A stretch of 64,000 bases of DNA from a virus. Below the pieces are notes generated by a model. That model worked only from the letters and a program-made list of their open reading frames with translations, ran no database searches and was not told the origin of the DNA. The stretch covers positions 1-64,000 of the IMG/VR virus record IMGVR_UViG_3300035701_000008. One strand, given 5' to 3'. Below are positions 63,751-64,000 of the stretch, piece by piece. Within the stretch, counting starts at the first letter, position 1. Each line of letters begins with the position of its first letter. The translations under genes were made by a program, and so were the position numbers.

Positions 63751-64000
63751 ATTATATCTCTTTTAGTTAAATATTCTTCTATAACTTTTAATCCATGTGC
63801 TTTAGCAAGGTCACTCCAGTCTTTAATTCCTTCTTCTAGATATATCTTTGGTACATTACAATACTCAAACCCAAACTTATCAGTTATAAGCTGAGAATTC
63901 TTTACACCAGTCTCATCACTATCAAAGCTCAATATCTGTCTGTCTGAGTTCTCTTTTAGATATTCAATGTTCTCTTCAGAGAAACATCCCATACCCTCAT
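63747..64000 (-). CDS. DNA primase C-terminus (TOPRIM), 5'-truncated by the window edge
   Basis: EG...ILSFDSDETG (DxD)...KDWSD. The frame is open to the window end. Confidence 0.7.
   Translation of the reverse strand, partial: EGMGCFSEENIEYLKENSDRQILSFDSDETGVKNSQLITDKFGFEYCNVPKIYLEEGIKDWSDLAKAHGLKVIEEYLTKRDII

Noticed and set aside
1-64000. Stop-codon reassignment as in some crAss-like phages
   Set aside because: The standard code gives uninterrupted ORFs up to 4725 aa and dense gene packing, and TAG and TGA terminate coupled genes normally.
1-64000. tRNA or rRNA genes
   Set aside because: The intergenic gaps are short and AT-rich, and I saw no cloverleaf or TpsiC signature by eye. tRNAscan-SE would confirm.

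Overview
This 64 kb, AT-rich window is part of a large tailed dsDNA phage of Bacteroidota, crAss-like (Crassvirales-related), read in the standard genetic code. The + strand block (1-46052) is the late/virion region. It holds five very large putative packaged/ejection proteins, including a 4725-aa virion RNA polymerase polyprotein (RIP..GSDFDIDK). It also holds Gly-rich beta-roll and collagen fibre/decoration proteins, a sulfotransferase-GT9-APS kinase-HxGH nucleotidyltransferase-DUF2061 cassette, a lysis cassette, an HPAT/SERGT-like glycosyltransferase flanked by poly-Thr peptides, a ferritin-like protein and small Lys-rich proteins. A bidirectional terminator at about 46054-46080 separates this from the - strand block (46079-64000), which encodes GT2s, a GroES-like protein, thioredoxin, PhoH, MazG-like, RecA, a PD-(D/E)xK nuclease, RIIA/RIIB, UDG and a primase C-terminus. 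Main findings: (1) a candidate phage-encoded protein O-glycosylation and sulfation system acting on Thr-tailed virion decoration modules; (2) three, possibly four, unrelated free-standing homing endonucleases, each inside a gene terminus and next to a recoded duplicate of that terminus; (3) a short basic-x-G(G) peptide motif repeated across unrelated late proteins; (4) an o-spanin-position gene with a beta-strand/terminal-Phe anchor instead of a lipobox. All family assignments come from motif recognition by eye, not database searches.
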